Below, piece by piece: positions 19,199 through 29,433 of a DNA stretch of 64,000 bases (its first letter is position 1; every line of letters begins with the position of its first letter). Both the position numbers and the translations under genes were made by a program. The DNA comes from Nitrospirota bacterium. Its GTDB lineage: Bacteria; Nitrospirota; Thermodesulfovibrionia; Thermodesulfovibrionales; Dissulfurispiraceae. The notes under the pieces are model-generated. The model saw only the letters and a list, made by a program, of their open reading frames with translations, ran no database searches and was not told the origin of the DNA. The stretch lies in the NCBI GenBank assembly GCA_963710375.1, contig CAVPZX010000002.1:416001-480000 (forward strand), given 5' to 3'.

Positions 19199-20545
19199 AT
19201 GAGCGCATTGGTTGCGATTGTCGGAAGACCAAACGTAGGGAAGTCGGCCCTCTTCAACCGTCTCGTCAAGTTGGGGAGAATCCCCTCCCAGTCAACAGCA
19301 ATTACAGAAAGCACGCCCGGTGTCACGCGGGACAGGAATTATGGGCGGACTGAATGGGAAGGGAAACTAATTACCATTGTCGACACAGGAGGTTTTTACG
19401 CGGAAGGTATACCCAATGAAACCTCTGAAATAGCAAGTCAGGTAAAGGAGCAGGCCCTTGTAGCAGTAAATGAAGCGGATGTGATAATCCATCTCCTCGA
19501 CGGCAAGGAGGGGCTGAATCCGGCAGACCTGGAACTTGCAGGAATACTCAGAAAATCAGGGAAAAAAATCCTTTGGGCAGTCAACAAGATCGACAGCATG
19601 GTAAAAGAAGAAAGGGCACTGGAGTTTTACAGTATCGGTGCGGAAAAAATTTTCCCCGTTTCCGCCATAACCGGTCTGGGAATTGACGATCTGATGGACG
19701 CGGTCATGACATGCCTTCCTGCCGGCTACGATACGGAAACCGCTGGATTGAAAGAAAGCAGTATTCCCAGGATTGCTGTTGTAGGCAGGCCTAACGTCGG
19801 AAAATCCACCCTTATCAATTCGCTCCTGGGCAAAAGCAGACATATTGTCAGCCCTGTTCCCGGGACAACGAGAGACCCTGTTGATTCCGTGTGCACCCAT
19901 TATCGTAAAAAATATCTCTTTGTTGATACTGCAGGGATCAGAAAAAAACAAAAAGAATATTCCCTCGAAAGTTTTTCCATGATCAGGGCGGTAAAGAGCA
20001 TAGAACGGGCGGACGTTGCCGTTATCGTTCTCGATGCCTCAGAAGGTATAACTGACCAGGACCAAAGAATTGCGGGCATTGTTGACGAGTATGGCAAGGG
20101 GGCGCTGTTTCTGCTTAACAAATGGGACCTGGTAAAAGATCCCGAAAATGCCTTTAAAGAAATCACGAACCAGCTCAACAGGAAAATGTGGTTTATGCAC
20201 TATGCTCCTGTCGTGACTGTTTCCGGCCTCGAAAAGACAAGAATAACCAAGATATTCTCCTTTATTGATGAAATCATCGCAGAAAGGAGGAAAAGGATCC
20301 CGACAGGGGAACTGAACAGATTCCTGGAAAAGCTGGCCTCAGCAGGACCGCTGCCGAGATATAAGGGCAAAGAGATCAAACTTCAATATATAACGCAGGC
20401 AGAGATTGACCCCCCGGTCTTCGCCATTTTTGCAAATTACCCATCAGTGCTCAAAGCGCCTCAACTCAACTATATAGAAAAAAAACTGAGGGAGGAATAC
20501 ACCTTCAAAGGGACTCCGATAAAAATTCATGTTAAGCCACGGTAA
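19199..20545 (+). CDS. der: Ribosome biogenesis GTPase Der (EngA)
   Basis: Two GRPNVGKS P-loops, PGVTRDR / PGTTRD, NKID/NKWD, C-terminal KH-like domain. Confidence 0.96.
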   Translation: MSALVAIVGRPNVGKSALFNRLVKLGRIPSQSTAITESTPGVTRDRNYGRTEWEGKLITIVDTGGFYAEGIPNETSEIASQVKEQALVAVNEADVIIHLLDGKEGLNPADLELAGILRKSGKKILWAVNKIDSMVKEERALEFYSIGAEKIFPVSAITGLGIDDLMDAVMTCLPAGYDTETAGLKESSIPRIAVVGRPNVGKSTLINSLLGKSRHIVSPVPGTTRDPVDSVCTHYRKKYLFVDTAGIRKKQKEYSLESFSMIRAVKSIERADVAVIVLDASEGITDQDQRIAGIVDEYGKGALFLLNKWDLVKDPENAFKEITNQLNRKMWFMHYAPVVTVSGLEKTRITKIFSFIDEIIAERRKRIPTGELNRFLEKLASAGPLPRYKGKEIKLQYITQAEIDPPVFAIFANYPSVLKAPQLNYIEKKLREEYTFKGTPIKIHVKPR

Positions 20546-20575
20546 AATATAGTAAAATATGGTAGAATATAACGC

Positions 20576-20661
20576 AATTACGAATTACGAATTGGAAATT
20601 AAGAATTGTGGAAAGAGATACTCCTCATTCATTCCTAATTCATAAGTATTAATTCCTAATT
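20576..20661. repeat. Inverted tandem-heptamer element (AATTACG family)
   Basis: AATTACG AATTACG AATTGGA AATTAAG AATT ... ATTCCT AATTCAT AAGTATT AATTCCT AATT. Confidence 0.8.
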
Positions 20662-20677
20662 AGCACGGAGGGGAATA

Positions 20678-21097
20678 ATGCAAAAAATACTTGTTGCCCA
20701 TGATGGCTCTAAATCGTCCGACAAGGCCCTAAAAAAAGCCATCGAATTATCAATAGGCTTTAATGGATCGCTTACTGTAGTTGCTGTTGTTCCCGAGCTT
20801 TACCTTACGGAACTGCCCGATGTTGATAGAAATCGTATTTTCGAGTCATTATCGAATGAGACGCGGGACGCCATGGAAAAAATAAGAAAATCCCTGTCGG
20901 GCAAGTCAGTCGATGTCAAAACACTCATCAGGCAGGGAGATCCTGCTGAAAAGATATTGGAAACCGCACAAAAAATGAAGGTTGATCTTATTGTAACAGG
21001 ATCCCACGGCAGGCACGGAGCAAAAAAGTTCCTACTGGGCAGCGTCTCATCCAAAGTTGTCGATTATTCCAAATGCTCGGTCCTTGTAGTAAAATAA
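20678..21097 (+). CDS. Universal stress protein
   Basis: KILVAHDGS, DLIVTGSHGR, LLGSVS...SVLVVK. Confidence 0.95.
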   Translation: MQKILVAHDGSKSSDKALKKAIELSIGFNGSLTVVAVVPELYLTELPDVDRNRIFESLSNETRDAMEKIRKSLSGKSVDVKTLIRQGDPAEKILETAQKMKVDLIVTGSHGRHGAKKFLLGSVSSKVVDYSKCSVLVVK

Positions 21098-21280
21098 GCA
21101 GTAGGCACTAAGCAGTAAGCACTAAGCAGTAAGCACTAAGCAGTAAGCAGTAGGCAGCAAAATATAAAAAAGAGACACTTCTAATTCTTTAAAATAATTT
21201 CTTTCTTTTTTTACCGGTCGTTTGTTCTTCACTGTTTTCTGCTTACTGTCTACTCCTTACTGCTTACTTTTTACTGTTTA
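21095..21280. repeat. Inverted tandem-heptamer element (TAAGCAG family)
   Basis: Nine units TA(A/G)GCA(G/C) at 21095-21157; six inverted units CTGCTTA-like at 21239-21280. Confidence 0.93.
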
Positions 21281-22204
21281 CCGCCTTTTGATAAACAGTC
21301 TTAGCGCTTCTTCGTAGCGGACCGGGACAAACCCGAAATGCCTTTCCACTGCATCCGTCTCACAAATATTATCGGTTTCCAGCAGCCGCAGCTGGTCGAG
21401 GGTGACAGATGGGATCTTTTTTCCCAACATGCCGGCAATCCCCTGAAAAATCCTCGATAAAGGCAGTCCCAGTTTGACCATCTCCATAGGGACATGAACA
21501 ATGTGCTTACGGGCGCCTGTTGCCTCCATAAGCAGGGAGAGAAGTTCATTATAGGTAAGATGTTCCGGACCTCCCAGTTCATATACAGGTGAAGCTGCCC
21601 TGTCAACAGGTGACGTGGACGAAAAAAGTTTGATAAAACATTTAACCAAGTCACCGACATAAATAGGCTGAAATTTTGCCTTTCCGTCTCCTGGGACAGG
21701 TACGACAGGACTGGATGCAATGAGGTCTTTAAGCTTTGAGGTAAACCCGTCCCCATCTCCCACAACAAGAGACGGCCTGAAAATAGCATATTGAATGCCG
21801 CTCGTCCTTACGATCTCTTCAGCCTCCGCTTTTGTCTTAAGATACCTTGACCAGGAAGAGGGCGATGCGCCTAGTGCGCTTTGATAAAAAAAATGCTTTA
21901 CCTTTGCTTTCTTTGCTTCGTTGACCAGATTCTCTGTGCCATTGACATGCACCAGGTCAAAACTAAGGCCTTCCTTTTCTTCTATTATGCCGACCAGATG
22001 GACGACCGTATCGCAGTTATCGAGTTTGCCTTTAAGACTTTCACGGTCGGTAATGTCCCCGATGACAACGTCAAAATCCGCTTTTTTGCATATCTCACTC
22101 TTAGCGGCAGATCGTGCCAGACACTTTGCCCGCAGCCCTGCCTCCCCGAGCGCTCTTACGAGATGACTGCCGATAAATCCGGTGCTACCGGCGATGAAAA
22201 ACAT
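21278..22204 (-). CDS. NAD-dependent epimerase/dehydratase (NDUFA9-like atypical SDR)
   Basis: GSTGFIG, VVHLVGII, YLKTKAEAE, FQPIYVGD. Confidence 0.9.
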   Translation of the reverse strand: MFFIAGSTGFIGSHLVRALGEAGLRAKCLARSAAKSEICKKADFDVVIGDITDRESLKGKLDNCDTVVHLVGIIEEKEGLSFDLVHVNGTENLVNEAKKAKVKHFFYQSALGASPSSWSRYLKTKAEAEEIVRTSGIQYAIFRPSLVVGDGDGFTSKLKDLIASSPVVPVPGDGKAKFQPIYVGDLVKCFIKLFSSTSPVDRAASPVYELGGPEHLTYNELLSLLMEATGARKHIVHVPMEMVKLGLPLSRIFQGIAGMLGKKIPSVTLDQLRLLETDNICETDAVERHFGFVPVRYEEALRLFIKRR

Positions 22205-22218
22205 AAAACCCTCTCAAA

Positions 22219-22321
22219 ACAGGTTAAGGCTGAGGTTGAGGTTGAGATAAAAAATAGAGGAAGTACAAAGTGACTTTTTAATTACCATATTCGTTGCTAG
22301 CTTTTTCTTAACCTTGACCTG
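22219..22321. repeat. Inverted tandem-hexamer element (AGGTTA/AGGTTG family)
   Basis: ACAGGTTAAGGCTGAGGTTGAGGTTGAGA ... TCTTAACCTTGACCTG. Confidence 0.85.
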
Positions 22322-22327
22322 AATTTT

Positions 22328-23188
22328 TTACCATATCAGCCTTCCCCTTCTGTGTGCCCAGCAGGCAAAGGAAACATCGACAAAATACGAATCAGGGTGA
22401 CGGTGCGCAGCCGAGATCTTTACGCCGAGCGCAGCGGTCTGCCCCACAACCCACGGAGGCCCGCTTTCGGGACCGTTTACTTCATTTAGTATCTTCACTT
22501 CAAGGCCGGCAATTGCCGAATCAGGGTTGACATCATGAAGCCTTCGCATCAACTGCTTTTTTGACATAAACGTCACCTGGTCCCTTGCACCGCCTATCGC
22601 CACCCCTATTGTGTAGGGAGGGCAACCTTCGCCCCGGGCCTTCGATACTGCATCGAGAACGCACTTCACAACACCGTCAAAATCCCTCCCGGCAGCGACT
22701 TCATTTCCATCAATGTTCAGCAATGCAGGGAGTTTATATATTTGCCCCAGGTTCTCGCTCTGCCCGCTTTTTAACATAAGATCAACCGTGAGCGTCTGCT
22801 CATCAGTCTCGTCTATGTACACCAGGGGGAATGCATCCCCGACATTGTCACCGGAATTAATATCCATAATGCTGCTAACGGCATTGGGAGTGAGAGGCAC
22901 TCTTTTCGTAGCCAACCGCGTTGCATCAGCAATAACCTCTCTTATGGCCCTGTGGCTCAGGCCCATCGGGACCTTGACGAAAAAAACCGGGAAACCCGTG
23001 TCCTGGCATATTGGACAGCTGCCTGTTCTTGCAAGGGATATTTTTTTCAGGACACTTTCAAGGGATTCCCCGGCAAGAACCCCGGTCTCCTTCGAACAGG
23101 CAGTTTTCAATGCCTCCTCTATGTCCTTTGGAACAGAGATTGCAACCTTCCTGTAAAGTTCGACTATACCGTCTCGCAGTTTCAGCAA
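22328..23188 (-). CDS. Fe-S hydro-lyase alpha subunit-like protein (fumarate hydratase/tartrate dehydratase family)
   Basis: PICQDTG, GCPPY, C-terminal CWAHRR; TTG start with GGAG RBS. Confidence 0.85.
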   Translation of the reverse strand: MLKLRDGIVELYRKVAISVPKDIEEALKTACSKETGVLAGESLESVLKKISLARTGSCPICQDTGFPVFFVKVPMGLSHRAIREVIADATRLATKRVPLTPNAVSSIMDINSGDNVGDAFPLVYIDETDEQTLTVDLMLKSGQSENLGQIYKLPALLNIDGNEVAAGRDFDGVVKCVLDAVSKARGEGCPPYTIGVAIGGARDQVTFMSKKQLMRRLHDVNPDSAIAGLEVKILNEVNGPESGPPWVVGQTAALGVKISAAHRHPDSYFVDVSFACWAHRRGRLIW

Positions 23189-23217
23189 ATTATTCTCCGG
23201 CAGTTCATGTCATAACC

Positions 23218-24000
23218 TCAGGATAAATCGGCGGGAGAAAAAATTACTTCATCCCTGAACGCCCGCACCATATAGACTGTTTTCATAGTCTCCGTCTGCG
23301 TAACATCTAGCAGCGCTGCATCCAGCCCTGCACCTGCAAGGTAGCTAAGAAGGGCCGAGTTCACATGGGGCTTGAGTGCCGTCTTCAGTCCGCTCGACAC
23401 GTTTGAAAGCCATACAATCGTGTTTATCGGCGGGTCAACCAGTTCGTTCAACGCTATAATGCATTCGTGTGCATTAAGAAGGTTCTCCTGCCCCATGCCC
23501 TCCGCTATATGGATCAGCGAGGGGTCGGCGAACAGGCGCTCGTTAGGGATATCAGCGGCATTTGCCTTCTCTATCAACGCCTCGAGTATAAGTAGCTTCG
23601 CCTCATAGGTCGCAGGTACAGCACCTTTCAATGCCCTGAGAATGAGGTTCGCTTTTGAATCCTTTACCAGGGACAGAATTTCATCGCTGTTTTCATCATC
23701 GCCTGAAAGATAATTTATTATAGGAGGCTCCATGCAGCATGCTACGGCCATTTTCAACGCCGCAGCATTCCGCGAATCGAGGCAGAGTGGCAGGCCGGAT
23801 GCCTTCTGAACTGCTTCCGCCACTACTGGAAGGGTTTTCTCGTCTCCAACGCCGTCGGAGGAGCACATTATATTAATAAGATCAGCACCCCTGCCGGCAA
23901 GGTCCTTTGCCATAGATTCAATCGCATTCTTGTCAAGACTCCTGACCGCCTGCATATACGCCTTGTTCCTTGTGTTCAAATTATCCGCAATAACCAGCAT
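23218..24000 (-). CDS. Pterin-binding protein, AcsE/dihydropteroate synthase-like
   Basis: GADLININ, LPLCLDS, IINY, DP, LSNVSSGL, AGLDAALLD. Confidence 0.8.
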   Translation of the reverse strand: MLVIADNLNTRNKAYMQAVRSLDKNAIESMAKDLAGRGADLINIMCSSDGVGDEKTLPVVAEAVQKASGLPLCLDSRNAAALKMAVACCMEPPIINYLSGDDENSDEILSLVKDSKANLILRALKGAVPATYEAKLLILEALIEKANAADIPNERLFADPSLIHIAEGMGQENLLNAHECIIALNELVDPPINTIVWLSNVSSGLKTALKPHVNSALLSYLAGAGLDAALLDVTQTETMKTVYMVRAFRDEVIFSPADLS

Positions 24001-24019
24001 GGCACCCCTCCTTGAATTC

Positions 24020-24089
24020 AGGTAATAGGTAATGGGTTATAGGTAATAGAATATTATTACCCATGACCTATAGCCCATAGCCTATAACC
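24020..24089. repeat. Inverted tandem-heptamer element (AGGTAAT family)
   Basis: AGGTAAT AGGTAAT GGGTTAT AGGTAAT ... TATTACC CATGACC TATAGCC CATAGCC TATAACC. Confidence 0.9.
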
Positions 24090-24194
24090 GCTCTTTTACC
24101 AAAGTATATCAGAATAACGAAGATTTGGGAAATGCAGTTACCATTATAAGCATTAAAGATTTACCGAATTTTTATCATCGGGTATAATGTAACT

Positions 24195-24725
24195 ATGATA
24201 AGTCTTAAAGAATTCTTAAAGGTCTTCAGGGATACAGGCTTTGAACGTTCCTTATTAGAGAACTTTTACCGGTCAGTACGAAAATCGACAATCCTTTTGC
24301 ACGTCGGCAAACGCTCGTTATCTGAAATATTTCAGCAGGAAGAAATCCATCAATGGCCAGTATTGCATCGAATCGACAACCCCGACCTGCCACTCTACCG
24401 CGGCGCCGACAAAGTCCTGTTGGATGCGTTCATAAAAACTATTCAAAATGAAAAAACATTGAGAGAGCAAAAAAAACATATGGAAAGAGTCAAATATTGG
24501 AACTCGCTTCTTGAAATCATAGAGAAACGCGCAGAACTGTTCAGGAGTATCTTCAATTTTTGTAAAAAAGACGACCTGCACTGCGAAGCAGTAGCTGAGC
24601 GGTATAAGCGGATTCGAGACCGAAGAGCAAGAAAAAGGCGTACCGCATGGGGGCTGGGCATAGGTGCAGGAACTGCTGCAGGGGCAGCCGCTTTGTGGTA
24701 CATTAAGAAAAAAGAGAGGCAATAG
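24195..24725 (+). CDS. Hypothetical protein with C-terminal Gly/Ala membrane anchor
   Basis: 176-aa ORF, TATAAT upstream, hydrophobic tail flanked by basic residues. Confidence 0.7.
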   Translation: MISLKEFLKVFRDTGFERSLLENFYRSVRKSTILLHVGKRSLSEIFQQEEIHQWPVLHRIDNPDLPLYRGADKVLLDAFIKTIQNEKTLREQKKHMERVKYWNSLLEIIEKRAELFRSIFNFCKKDDLHCEAVAERYKRIRDRRARKRRTAWGLGIGAGTAAGAAALWYIKKKERQ

Positions 24726-24742
24726 GCTGTTGCCTATTGCCT
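24717..24742. terminator. Hairpin between convergent genes
   Basis: AGGCAATAGGC-TGTT-GCCTATTGCCT, perfect 11-bp inverted repeat containing the upstream gene's stop. Confidence 0.6.
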
Positions 24743-24745
24743 GTA

Positions 24746-27565
24746 TTATTTTATTTGCCCAAGTGTACGTCCTAACTCTTCAAGGGCCTTGCCTGCTTCT
24801 GCATACTTGCCCTGTCCCATCAGACTGCGGTATTGATCATAATACTTCACTGCAGATTTAATTAATTCTTTGCCGGGGACTTCAGCTTTAACTGTTGTCT
24901 CTTTGGCAGCCTGAGGCGTGTATCCGTTGACAAAAAACTTATTCAGGGCATCCTCGAAGCTGGAGCCATATGAGAGCTGGTCGCCGAATACAACTACCAC
25001 TCTTCTCAATTCAGGCATTTTACCTACCGATGCCTGAAGATAAATGGGCTGGACATACATCAATCTGTAATTTGATAAAGGGATGGCCAACAGATTTCCG
25101 AATACTACTGATGACCCCTGTTGGTTCCATAAGGTCAAATCCTTGCTTATAACCTCATCCTGGTTTATCCTGATGCCTATCTGGAGAGGACCGTACACAA
25201 GTTTGTCTTTCGGTAATTTGTAAAGCATGAGCTTGCCATATTTATCGCCGTCACATCTTGCTATGAGGAGGGCGACCATATTGTTTCGCGGATTGGCTTT
25301 ATCGGCGGAATAAGGAGAGAACGGCAGGGCAAGCACGAACTCTTCCGTTTCGCTGTCGGGCGGGCGCGATATCAGGTAGTAAGGCGCAACATGTGGTGCT
25401 TCCTCCGCCTTTGCCGCAGCGCGTGACACCTCCCAAGCATCTTCACGGTTATAAAAAACATGTGTATTCCGCATGTGATAGGTCGTGTATATTGAACTTT
25501 GGATGTTCAGCAGGTCCTCAGGGTATCTAATGTGCTTTCTGAGCGATGCCGGCATTTCTGCGATATCCATGAACATTCCAGGAAATGCCTTTGCATAAGC
25601 CCTCACAATCGGGTCTGTCTTGTCGGCGATATAAAAAGATACCGTCCCGTTGTATGCATCAACAACCACTTTAATGGAATTACGGATGTAGTTAGTCCTT
25701 TCGTTCGATACCGGCTGAGAATACGGATATGTATTTGCCGTTGTGTAAGCATCCCAGATGAAATATATCCTGCCGTCAGCTACAACATAGTAAATATCCG
25801 AATCATAGCTTAGAAACGGAGCAATCTCCTGGACCCTTGAGCGTATGTCCCTCCGGTACATCACACGGCTTTCAGGGGTGAATTCCTGAGTAGTGAACAT
25901 CCTGATGCCTTCGAATCTCAGGGCAAAGGCAAGCTTCTTGAGAAATGTATCAAGCTTAATCCCGCCTGTGCCGGCATAATTATACTCAACGTTTGTGTCT
26001 CCTTTCGGATAGTCGAATTCCTTGGCCTTTGTTTTTACATATATCGGGTTAAAAGTTTCCTCACCGAAATAAATCCTTGGCTGGTCGAGATTAAGTTCAG
26101 GATACGATGTTGTCGGCGGTATATCTTTCAACAGGTATTCGGGAAGTCCTTCCGGCCCAAATTTGTTGACAGCCGCAACAACAGCGCCATAGCCGTGGGT
26201 GTAGACAAGTCTCAGGTTCTGCCATGTCTTGGACTGAGGGGCAAGCCGGTCGACATTGAGTTCACGGAGGGACAGCATAAGCTGAGTTAGTTTTCCATTC
26301 AGGACATACCTGTCCACCGCAACGTCCGAAAAATAATAATAGAGACGTAATGCCTGGTTCTGATTGTTCGCGGCCTCCAGAATCTTGGGGTCCCAGAGCC
26401 TGATACTGTCCACAATGGCTTTGTCATTTTTTGATATAGGCTCAACAGAGGTGTTAACGGGGTAGTTTACCTCTGCAATTTCATTCAGTCCATAAGCGTC
26501 TCTTGTAAACGCAATATTCCTCTCCAGATAAGGGGTTTCAAGAGGGAGTTCGTTCGGGGACACTCTGAAATGCTGCATGACCTCCGGAATAATTCCTACG
26601 CCGAAGATTTTCACAACAAGGAACAAAGCTACTCCGATAACAAAAGTAGATATTGTTCTCTGCGTTGACTTCGCGAATGCCGAAATCAAAAAAGCAATAG
26701 CACAAATGCCAAGAACTGCAATCATCACATTGTACGCAGGCAGTTGCACATTCAGGTCGGTCCAGCCGGCCCCATAGACAACCCCGCGATGCGAATAGAG
26801 CAACTCCCACCTGCTTACCAGGGTATTAACCATTATGATAAGAGCGCCCACTACAGACAGTAAGGAGAGGTGAGTTATCAGCCTGTGAATAAAAGGGTCC
26901 ATCAGAGACCTCAGGGATATCCTTCTCAAGTTTCCATACTGCTCAAACAACGTAGAAACATCCCTGAACAACAATCCTTCAAGAAAATATAAACCGATAG
27001 TCAGGATTACGGTGTATAAAAAGATAGTTTCCGCAAAGCCGGCCAAGACCTTAATGAACGGCAGCGTAAAAATATAAAACCCTATGTCCGTGTTGAAGAC
27101 CGGCTCTATCTTTCCAAACGGCACTGCATTTTGGTAAAGCAGCAGTTCGTTCCAGTAAACTGACACCCCTAATCCGAACACAATAAAAGCAAAAAACTGT
27201 ACAAGTATGCCGGCCTTTATCAGAAGGACCCGATTGTGATGCAGGACAAACTCAGGTTTTGCCTTCTTGAAATAGTAATTCCATGTCAGGACCGTAATAA
27301 TCCCCATTATGGCGGCAAACAAACCGCCTATGGAAAACAGCGTTGCTTTTAGAAAGACCAACTTCCAGAAACGCTGCGTGTAGCCGACCTCCTGGAACCA
27401 CAGAAAGTCCGTATAGATGTCCTGGCCCAAGTATATCCCCTTAAAGACAAAAATCCCTGCAAGAGCAATCAAGACAGACTTAACATACTGTCTCCTGCCT
27501 GCGCTCCGAAATGCCGGCAGAAAGAACAGCAGGCATACGGCAATCAATATTATAAGATCCAGCAC
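24746..27565 (-). CDS. UPF0182 family membrane protein
   Basis: TDFLWFQEVGY, DIGFYIFTLP, YTHGYG, NYIRNSIKVVVDAYNG, HIRYPEDL. Confidence 0.93.
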   Translation of the reverse strand: MLDLIILIAVCLLFFLPAFRSAGRRQYVKSVLIALAGIFVFKGIYLGQDIYTDFLWFQEVGYTQRFWKLVFLKATLFSIGGLFAAIMGIITVLTWNYYFKKAKPEFVLHHNRVLLIKAGILVQFFAFIVFGLGVSVYWNELLLYQNAVPFGKIEPVFNTDIGFYIFTLPFIKVLAGFAETIFLYTVILTIGLYFLEGLLFRDVSTLFEQYGNLRRISLRSLMDPFIHRLITHLSLLSVVGALIIMVNTLVSRWELLYSHRGVVYGAGWTDLNVQLPAYNVMIAVLGICAIAFLISAFAKSTQRTISTFVIGVALFLVVKIFGVGIIPEVMQHFRVSPNELPLETPYLERNIAFTRDAYGLNEIAEVNYPVNTSVEPISKNDKAIVDSIRLWDPKILEAANNQNQALRLYYYFSDVAVDRYVLNGKLTQLMLSLRELNVDRLAPQSKTWQNLRLVYTHGYGAVVAAVNKFGPEGLPEYLLKDIPPTTSYPELNLDQPRIYFGEETFNPIYVKTKAKEFDYPKGDTNVEYNYAGTGGIKLDTFLKKLAFALRFEGIRMFTTQEFTPESRVMYRRDIRSRVQEIAPFLSYDSDIYYVVADGRIYFIWDAYTTANTYPYSQPVSNERTNYIRNSIKVVVDAYNGTVSFYIADKTDPIVRAYAKAFPGMFMDIAEMPASLRKHIRYPEDLLNIQSSIYTTYHMRNTHVFYNREDAWEVSRAAAKAEEAPHVAPYYLISRPPDSETEEFVLALPFSPYSADKANPRNNMVALLIARCDGDKYGKLMLYKLPKDKLVYGPLQIGIRINQDEVISKDLTLWNQQGSSVVFGNLLAIPLSNYRLMYVQPIYLQASVGKMPELRRVVVVFGDQLSYGSSFEDALNKFFVNGYTPQAAKETTVKAEVPGKELIKSAVKYYDQYRSLMGQGKYAEAGKALEELGRTLGQIK

Positions 27566-27605
27566 AACTTCCTCCTGTTAGTCAGGTGTTTAGAGTCTTC
27601 GCGAA

Positions 27606-29246
27606 TCAGCAGTAGAGTTTTCTCAATTTAACCTTGTTAATTTTACCCACACTGGTTTTCGGAATTTCATCAACGAACAAATATTTATCCGGCACACCAT
27701 ACTTGGGAATTTTCCCCTTGACCGCACAATCTTCCATGTATTTTTGAAATTCTTCGGCAGTTACCTTGCCCTTAAATTCAGGCCGCAAAACAATCATGAG
27801 CGCCGGCCTTTCTCCCCATTTGGGGTCAGGCAAGCCAATAGCTGCCGCTTCCAAAACAGCGGCGTGCTGACTTGCCAGATTTTCTAATTCCAGCGAAGAA
27901 ATCCATTCGCCGCCGGTTTTAATGACATCCTTAAGGCGGTCAGTTATCTGAATATATCCTTCCTTGTCAATATAGGCGACGTCTCCGGTATGCAACCAGC
28001 CGTCAATCCATAAATCCTTCGACCTTTCAGGTTCTTTTAAATATCCGTCAGTCAGCCATGGAGCTCTGAGAACCAATTCACCTGTTGCTTCACCATTATG
28101 GGGTAAATGTTTGCCGCAGGGATCAACAATACTTGCGTAAACCAACGGTGCCGGCAAACCTGTAGTAATCAATATATCGAGCTGTTTTTCCTTTTCCCAG
28201 TCAAGCATTGACGGCTTTAAATTGGCAATGGCCACAATGGGACATGTCTCCGACATCCCATATCCTGCATATGCCTGGATTCCCATTTGCATCGCCGCCA
28301 GTGCTAACCCCCTGGTCAACCTGGCCCCACCTATTATAACTTTCCATTTCGATAAGTCCACTCCCTTTACGGCAGGACTGGCCACCAGCATTTGAAGGAT
28401 CGTTGGCACACAATGAGAAAATGTGACCTTTTCCGTAACGATCAACTTCAGTAACATTGGCGGTTCGTATTTACCAGGATAGACTTGTTTTACTCCGAGC
28501 ATCGTTGCCACGTAGGGGACACCCCAGGCATGCACGTGGAACATAGGTGTCAGCGGCATATAGACGTCATTGGAACGAAAGCGGCCAACTGACTCATACG
28601 CTCCTCCCATCGTAGTGGCCATTGTGTGTAAAACCAATTGGCGATGGGAAAAGTAAACACCTTTTGGCAATCCTGTTGTGCCTGTCGTATAAAAAGCTGT
28701 GGCCCGTGTGTTTTCATCAAAATCTGGAAAATCATACTCGGCAGGCGCCGATTTGAGCAGTTCCTCATATTCGCTGTCAAAATGGATTTTGCTTTGAGGC
28801 TTGTCGCCGTTTTCCGAAATCACTATGATCTTCTCCACTGTCTTTAATTGATCCCTAACTGCTTCCAGAAGAGGCAGGAATTCGGAATTGATAATCACAA
28901 CTTTATCACCGGCATGATTCATTGTGTATAAAATCTGGTCCGAAGAAAGACGCCAGTTCTGCGTATGCAGAACAGCGCCCATCATCGGGATGGCAAAATA
29001 ACATTCCAGGTAACGATGACTGTCATAATCAAAAACGCAGATTGTATCCCCTTCTTTTACTCCCATCTTAGCCAGCCCGCCAGCCAATCTATGAATGCGC
29101 TCATTAAGTTGCTGATAAGTCAAACGGACTTTATCACGATAAACGATTTCTTGCTGGGGTGCAAAGAACAGCGGTGTGTGGAGCAAATGTTTAATTAATA
29201 ATTGATAATTGTAATTTTCTCCGGGTTCATAGGCTTTTTGGGTCAT
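27606..29246 (-). CDS. Fatty acid--CoA ligase (AMP-binding family)
   Basis: YTTGTTGLPKG, GYGMSET, LHTGD, IKTGGEWISS, PKTSVGK. Confidence 0.93.
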   Translation of the reverse strand: MTQKAYEPGENYNYQLLIKHLLHTPLFFAPQQEIVYRDKVRLTYQQLNERIHRLAGGLAKMGVKEGDTICVFDYDSHRYLECYFAIPMMGAVLHTQNWRLSSDQILYTMNHAGDKVVIINSEFLPLLEAVRDQLKTVEKIIVISENGDKPQSKIHFDSEYEELLKSAPAEYDFPDFDENTRATAFYTTGTTGLPKGVYFSHRQLVLHTMATTMGGAYESVGRFRSNDVYMPLTPMFHVHAWGVPYVATMLGVKQVYPGKYEPPMLLKLIVTEKVTFSHCVPTILQMLVASPAVKGVDLSKWKVIIGGARLTRGLALAAMQMGIQAYAGYGMSETCPIVAIANLKPSMLDWEKEKQLDILITTGLPAPLVYASIVDPCGKHLPHNGEATGELVLRAPWLTDGYLKEPERSKDLWIDGWLHTGDVAYIDKEGYIQITDRLKDVIKTGGEWISSLELENLASQHAAVLEAAAIGLPDPKWGERPALMIVLRPEFKGKVTAEEFQKYMEDCAVKGKIPKYGVPDKYLFVDEIPKTSVGKINKVKLRKLYC

Positions 29247-29433
29247 AACATTGCCTCCTTTTGAGCTGGTGCTTTTTTTCGTTGAAGTAAACCCTGCTTC
29301 GCAGTATATTAAGCAAATGTCTCCTTGCTGTCAATATCGGGAGCCTCTTTTGTGATACATAGCTGAAAATAACATTACTTTTGTTATACTAGGAAGCCTT
29401 ACCTATGACCTATGACTTAACATATGGTGCGCC

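Noticed and set aside
19005..19202. 65-aa ORF between ntrX and der
   Set aside because: No RBS or motif; coincides with the palindromic element.
20541..20570. Three 10-bp direct repeats (GGTAAAATAT-like)
   Set aside because: AT-rich and overlapping the der stop and a likely -10 element; cannot distinguish an operator from chance.
21095..21157. Tandem repeats as a CRISPR array
   Set aside because: Units are 7 bp with no unique spacers; no cas genes. No 23-47 bp spaced repeats seen anywhere in the window.
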